From a bacterium (lineage in GTDB: Bacteria; Electryoneota; Electryoneia; Electryoneales; Electryoneaceae), in assembly GCA_043801585.1 (NCBI GenBank), contig JAZDLX010000217.1:1-20637 (forward strand): a stretch of 20,637 nt of DNA, read 5' to 3'. Shown in pieces: positions 16,247-20,637 of this stretch. Every line of letters begins with the position of its first letter. Position 1 is the stretch's first letter. The notes under the pieces are model-generated. The model was not told where the DNA came from. It did no database searches and worked only from the letters and a program-made list of their open reading frames with translations. A program made the position numbers and the translations under genes.

Positions 16247-17146
16247 TCAAGTACTTAACAAACTTTTCAACAATTCGCTGGCACGGTCCGCCTCTTCCTT
16301 GGTTGATTCAACAAATTCCTGCGGACTCATTTCAGAGGGCCAGACCTGTCCGCTGATCACATTCCAGGCGGGGTCCTCGAGGAGCGGATAGGAATCATCT
16401 GCAACATCCCCCTCGTTCAGCCACATGCCATGATGCTTGCTGATCCTGTTGGAGAGGTGGACGATCGCCACGTCGAGGTAATTGGCGTTCTCCCGGTATG
16501 GGGCGTGATGGTAACGGATCATCGCTTCCAGGGCTTCCGGCAGTTCCCAGCGGGTTGAAAGGTAGCCGCCGATGGCGGAATGGTCGATCCCGAGAACTTG
16601 GCGCTCAGCCATCCGTGGCGTCACTTTGTTCTCGATTGAATAGGTGAGAACCTTGTTGTATTCAGTCGGAAAATGGGCCGCCAAAAGGACTCTGCCGAGG
16701 TCGTGAAGAAGGCCCCCGGTGAATACGTCCGCATTGGTCGCAAGTTTCAGTTTGTTCACGAGGTACTGTGCCAGCAGTCCCGTCGAAACGCTGTGCAGCC
16801 AGAAACGGTCTGACTGGAAACGTGGAGGCATTTTCTCCGTTGGAAACGTGTGGACAATCGCCGCTGTCACAAGCAGACGGGTCACCTCGCGCAGCCCGAG
16901 CATCACCAGAGCGGTCTGCAACGATTCGATTCTGTGGCTGAACCCGTAATATGCGGAATTGGCGATTTTGAGGATGGTTGCAGTCAGGGCGGGATCATAC
17001 TTCAGGATGTCTTTCAGTTCACCGATGTTGCTCTCAGGGTTCTGGGCGATCATCATCGCCTGGGCGTGAACCTGGGGGAGAATCGGCAGATCTTCCGCCT
17101 GTTCAAGGCGGAGCATGAAAGAATCGGGTTCCGATAGGGTACTCAT
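16247..17146 (-). CDS. HDOD domain-containing signal transduction protein
   Basis: LPILP, DPALTATILKIANSAYYG, ALVMLG, FWLHS, GLLHDLG, ERQVLGIDH, WELP..L..MIRYHH. Confidence 0.92.
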   Translation of the reverse strand: MSTLSEPDSFMLRLEQAEDLPILPQVHAQAMMIAQNPESNIGELKDILKYDPALTATILKIANSAYYGFSHRIESLQTALVMLGLREVTRLLVTAAIVHTFPTEKMPPRFQSDRFWLHSVSTGLLAQYLVNKLKLATNADVFTGGLLHDLGRVLLAAHFPTEYNKVLTYSIENKVTPRMAERQVLGIDHSAIGGYLSTRWELPEALEAMIRYHHAPYRENANYLDVAIVHLSNRISKHHGMWLNEGDVADDSYPLLEDPAWNVISGQVWPSEMSPQEFVESTKEEADRASELLKSLLST

Positions 17147-17416
17147 ACGATGATCCTGTCACTGATTTTCGTTTTTCAACGGACGGAATGTGTTCAATTG
17201 TCACATCCGTGGGAATCTGCACTCACAGGTCGGGCGAGCGAAAGGGAGAGGCTTGAAATAGGGAATTTGAATCCCTCGAGAAGGGGTTACCGGAGTCACT
17301 GTTTGAAGGGGTGAGAAAGGCCTCCGTATATTCAAATTGCTTGAAGCAGAAGGGCGTTTCTCAAAAGCGGTTAACGGACCGCTTGTGAAGAAACCCACAT
17401 TTTCAGGAGATGGATC

Positions 17417-19864
17417 ATGGCCTACGATCAAGCGGCGCTTGAGTATCACTCGAAGCCGACTCCAGGCAAAATTAAAGTCGTGCCCACCAAGCCTTGCGCC
17501 ACCCAGCGGGACCTGTCGCTGGCATACACGCCGGGGGTTGCGGTTCCCTGCCTTCATATTGCGAAAAACCCGGAAGATGCCTACAAGTATACGTCCAAGG
17601 GCAACCTGGTTGCGGTGGTTTCAAACGGCACCGCCGTGCTCGGCCTCGGTGACATCGGCGCTCTTGCCGGCAAGCCGGTGATGGAAGGAAAAGGCGTCCT
17701 CTTCAAACGTTTTGCGAACGTTGACGTTTTTGACATCGAGCTCAACACACACAACGCCGATGAGATCATTCGTGCGTGCGAACTGCTCGAACCGACCTTC
17801 GGCGGCATCAACCTCGAGGACATCAAGGCTCCCGAATGCTTCCATATCGAAGAGACCCTCAAGGCGCGTCTGAACATCCCGGTTTTCCACGACGACCAGC
17901 ACGGCACGGCGATCATCTCGGGGGCGGCGTTGGTCAATGCCTGTGAATTCAACGGCAAGGACATCGGCAAAATCAAGCTGGTGGTCAACGGCGCCGGTGC
18001 CGCAGGGATCGCCTGTGCGAAATTCTATGAATCCCTCGGTGTGAAGCATAGCAACATCCTGATGGTCGACAGCAAGGGTGTGATCTACGAGGGCCGCGAG
18101 GACATGGATCCCGCGCATCCGAAATACAACAAGTACAAAGCCTACTTTGCAGCCAAGACCAAGGCGCGCAGCCTCGAGGATGCGATATCCGGCGCGGACG
18201 CATTCAGCGGGGTGTCCGTAGCGAACGTGGTAACGAAGAAGATGGTCCAGTCCATGGCCAGGAACCCGATTATCATGGCGATGGCCAACCCTGACCCCGA
18301 GATCACCTACCCGGAAGCCATTGAGGCCCGCAAGGATGTAGTCGTGGCTACCGGCCGCAGCGACTACCCCAACCAGGTGAACAACGTCCTCGGCTTCCCG
18401 TTTATTTTCCGGGGTGCGCTGGACGTCCGCGCCACCGCGATCAACGAGCAGATGAAGATCGCCGCTTCAAGGGCGCTGGCCCAGCTTGCCAAAGAGGACG
18501 TTCCCGACAGCGTCCTCCATGCCTACGGCGTCAAGAGCATGCATTTCGGCAGGGAGTACCTGATCCCGAAACCGTTCGATCCCCGAGTGCTTACCTGGGA
18601 GGCTTCCGCCGTGGCCAGGGCCGCAGTGGAAACAGGAGTAGCCCGCAAGCAGATCACTGACTGGGATGCCTACCGTGATCACCTCGAGGAGATGCTCGGT
18701 GCGGAACGCCGCATCATCCGCCGGCTTGTTCACGTTGCCCAAAAGGAAACCAGCCGCATTGTTTTCGCGGAAGGCACGGACGAGAAGGTTCTCCGTGCGA
18801 GTCAGATTCTCCTCGACGAGAACATTGGAACCCCCGTACTGCTCGGCAACGCGGATGAGATCGAAGCGAAGAAAATGGAGTTGAGTCTCCCGTTGAAAGG
18901 AGCGGAAATCATCGAGCCGAGAAAATCCGCACTGATCGACAAATACGCGGACAGGTACTATCACTTGCGTCTGCGGAAGGGCATCGATCAGACCCAGGCG
19001 CTGCGCGACATGCGACAACCTTTCTATTTCGGGCCGATGATGGTGCGGGAGGGAGACGCCGAGGTGTATATCTCGGGACGCACCAACTACTATCCCGCCG
19101 CCATCCGTCCGATGCTCACTGTCACCAGCGACCTGAAGACACACGGTGTCGTTGCCGGCGTATACATGCTGGTGATCAACGACCAGACCATTTTCCTCAC
19201 CGACACTGCCATCAACATCGATCCGTCTTCAGAACAGCTTGTGGCAATCGCGGAGGATGTGCATGACCTCGCGGCGGATTTCGGCTTTGAGCCCCGAATT
19301 GCGCTGCTATCGTTCAGCAACTTCGGCACTGTCCGTCACGAGAAAACGTTGAAGATCCGAAAGACGGTCGAGATGCTGTGGGAGAAACACCCTGACTGGC
19401 AGGTGGACGGCGAAATGCAGGCCGACACCGCGGTCTCCAGCGAACTGCTGAAAGAACACTTCCCCTTCAGCAAGCTGACCGGCAGAGCAAACTGCCTCGT
19501 TTTCCCGGACCTGAACAGTTCAAACATCGCGTTCCGTCTGCTCGGCGCACTCGGTGAAGCGCGGACGGTCGGGCCGATCATCACCGGGGTCGGCATCCCG
19601 ATGCACGTCCTTACCAGCGACAGCTCGGTCGATGACATCGTCAACATCGCTGCCATTGGCGTGGTTCAGAATCGCCGGCTTCAGGAAGCGAACGCCAATG
19701 CAAAAACGGCGAAAAAGAAGGTGTCCAAAAAGTCTGCGAAGAAGGCATCAGCGACGAACAAACTGGCGAAAAGGGTGAAAAAAGCTGTTACCCGGAAGCC
19801 ACCGGCGATGAAATCCACCAGGGCTACCGCAGCAGCTCCGAAGAAGCGTGCAAAGAAGAAGTAG
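17417..19864 (+). CDS. maeB: NADP-dependent malic enzyme fused to a phosphotransacetylase-like domain
   Basis: [76 protein letters not shown]-like [21 protein letters not shown]. Confidence 0.96.
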   Translation: MAYDQAALEYHSKPTPGKIKVVPTKPCATQRDLSLAYTPGVAVPCLHIAKNPEDAYKYTSKGNLVAVVSNGTAVLGLGDIGALAGKPVMEGKGVLFKRFANVDVFDIELNTHNADEIIRACELLEPTFGGINLEDIKAPECFHIEETLKARLNIPVFHDDQHGTAIISGAALVNACEFNGKDIGKIKLVVNGAGAAGIACAKFYESLGVKHSNILMVDSKGVIYEGREDMDPAHPKYNKYKAYFAAKTKARSLEDAISGADAFSGVSVANVVTKKMVQSMARNPIIMAMANPDPEITYPEAIEARKDVVVATGRSDYPNQVNNVLGFPFIFRGALDVRATAINEQMKIAASRALAQLAKEDVPDSVLHAYGVKSMHFGREYLIPKPFDPRVLTWEASAVARAAVETGVARKQITDWDAYRDHLEEMLGAERRIIRRLVHVAQKETSRIVFAEGTDEKVLRASQILLDENIGTPVLLGNADEIEAKKMELSLPLKGAEIIEPRKSALIDKYADRYYHLRLRKGIDQTQALRDMRQPFYFGPMMVREGDAEVYISGRTNYYPAAIRPMLTVTSDLKTHGVVAGVYMLVINDQTIFLTDTAINIDPSSEQLVAIAEDVHDLAADFGFEPRIALLSFSNFGTVRHEKTLKIRKTVEMLWEKHPDWQVDGEMQADTAVSSELLKEHFPFSKLTGRANCLVFPDLNSSNIAFRLLGALGEARTVGPIITGVGIPMHVLTSDSSVDDIVNIAAIGVVQNRRLQEANANAKTAKKKVSKKSAKKASATNKLAKRVKKAVTRKPPAMKSTRATAAAPKKRAKKK

Positions 19865-19887
19865 CGAATGATCCGATTGCATATCCT

Positions 19888-19917
19888 GCCCCCGTCTTGC
19901 AGTAGGCGGGGGCTTTT
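19888..19917 (+). terminator. Intrinsic terminator after maeB
   Basis: GCCCCCGTCT-TGCAGT-AGGCGGGGGC followed by TTTT, ~24 nt after the stop codon. Confidence 0.75.
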
Positions 19918-20043
19918 GCTGATTGCCCTTTCGTGTGAAGATTTGTCTGTGCGGTTACATTCCAAACCTGAGTTCGGCACCGGAAGAGTTCGTAGATCGA
20001 ATATCATTCTTGCACGGACGCGGGGTTTTTCCTACGTTACCGG

Positions 20044-20118
20044 ACGCGTTTGTGCACCCTTCGGGTTGTGCGAATGCGCGCCCCCCGGAGCACCCCCCCT
20101 GCTCGGGGGGTCTTCTTT
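20044..20118 (+). ncRNA. Candidate small RNA (UUCG hairpin plus terminator-like hairpin with C7 loop)
   Basis: Preceded by TTGCAC (20010-20015), 17 nt, TACGTT (20033-20038). Hairpin 20045-20078 has a cUUCGg loop; hairpin 20081-20110 has loop CCCCCCC, followed by TCTTCTTT. Confidence 0.5.
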
Positions 20119-20365
20119 GTGATCCCTTTCAGCAAACGATTCAGGAACCCGGATACTGGAAAACGGAAATGAATCTTGCCATGATGCCCGAGATTCTTGA
20201 ACCGTCCGGGCACCATTGCGATGCCATGAAACACTGGGAGAACGCGGCTCGCGGGGTCACGTCGGGTTCGTGAAAAGCTAATCAATGTGAAGGTTTTCAA
20301 CCTTCCGTGTGCCTATTTTCTCCACAGATAGACCGTAAAAGAGCGGTCCGGCAGCGGAGAGAGCT

Positions 20366-20637
20366 ATGGCCAAGGATGAGCACCTCATCGAAGCCGAACT
20401 CCTCGCCTATATCCGCTCGGTGGGAGGCACCGAGTCGGAATGGTTTGTTGCTGCTGCTGTCAGCGCGAGGGAGTGCTTGTTCGAAAAGCACGGTGTCGTG
20501 CGCGATGAGGATCGCTGGATCTACCGTAAGGCGTTGACCACCGATGTCGCCCGCCGGGTTGTCGATTACCTGCGCAACGAGTTGGGAACTGATGGTGTCG
20601 ACTGCGGCGAGAACGGCATCGAACGGCTCTTCGTCTG
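20366..20637 (+). CDS. Hypothetical protein, 3' truncated by window edge
   Basis: ATG 20366 after GGAGAGAG. Open to the window end: MAKDEHLIEAELLAYIRSVGGTESEWFVAAAVSARECLFEKHGVVRDEDRWIYRKALTTDVARRVVDYLRNELGTDG... Confidence 0.7.
   Translation, partial: MAKDEHLIEAELLAYIRSVGGTESEWFVAAAVSARECLFEKHGVVRDEDRWIYRKALTTDVARRVVDYLRNELGTDGVDCGENGIERLFV

Noticed and set aside
15903..16250. 115-aa minus-strand ORF after HDOD
   Set aside because: TTG start, AT-rich, no recognisable motif; not supportable as a gene.
17189..17206. CRP/FNR-like site TGTGT-N7-TCACA between HDOD and maeB
   Set aside because: Spacing is 7 rather than 6 nt and one half-site is imperfect.
19868..20300. Short ORFs 19868-20122, 19923-20273 and 20037-20300
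   Set aside because: They cross a terminator and strong hairpins and have no protein-like motifs; the region is better explained as non-coding.

Overview
A bacterial chromosomal window. A T9SS-type C-terminal sorting domain suggests the FCB superphylum (inference). From left to right it contains: (1) the 3' end of an aldehyde dehydrogenase (ALDH) gene; (2) a ~6.4 kb segment with a large cytoplasmic multi-PAS/GAF histidine kinase and a multidomain response regulator, closed by a second, start-less copy of the same ALDH 3' end; (3) a ~4.6 kb segment bounded by a duplicated 3' half of tRNA-Ser(TGA), carrying an orange-protein (ORP)-like operon (DUF134, 2x DUF5320-like, 2x NifB/NifX, 2x MinD-type Fe-S ATPase, and an amber-interrupted Cys-rich mini-gene); (4) the intact tRNA-Ser; (5) a two-gene unit made of a secreted fibre-like protein with 24 W-x-x-L-x-x-x-P repeats and an S74-like chaperone domain lacking its catalytic Ser/Lys, plus a small T9SS-sorted partner; (6) an HDOD protein; (7) maeB with a Lys/Ala-rich tail; (8) a candidate two-hairpin small RNA with a C7 loop; and (9) a truncated hypothetical ORF. 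No integrase, transposase, reverse transcriptase or CRISPR array is visible. All family assignments come from motif recognition by eye, not from database searches.
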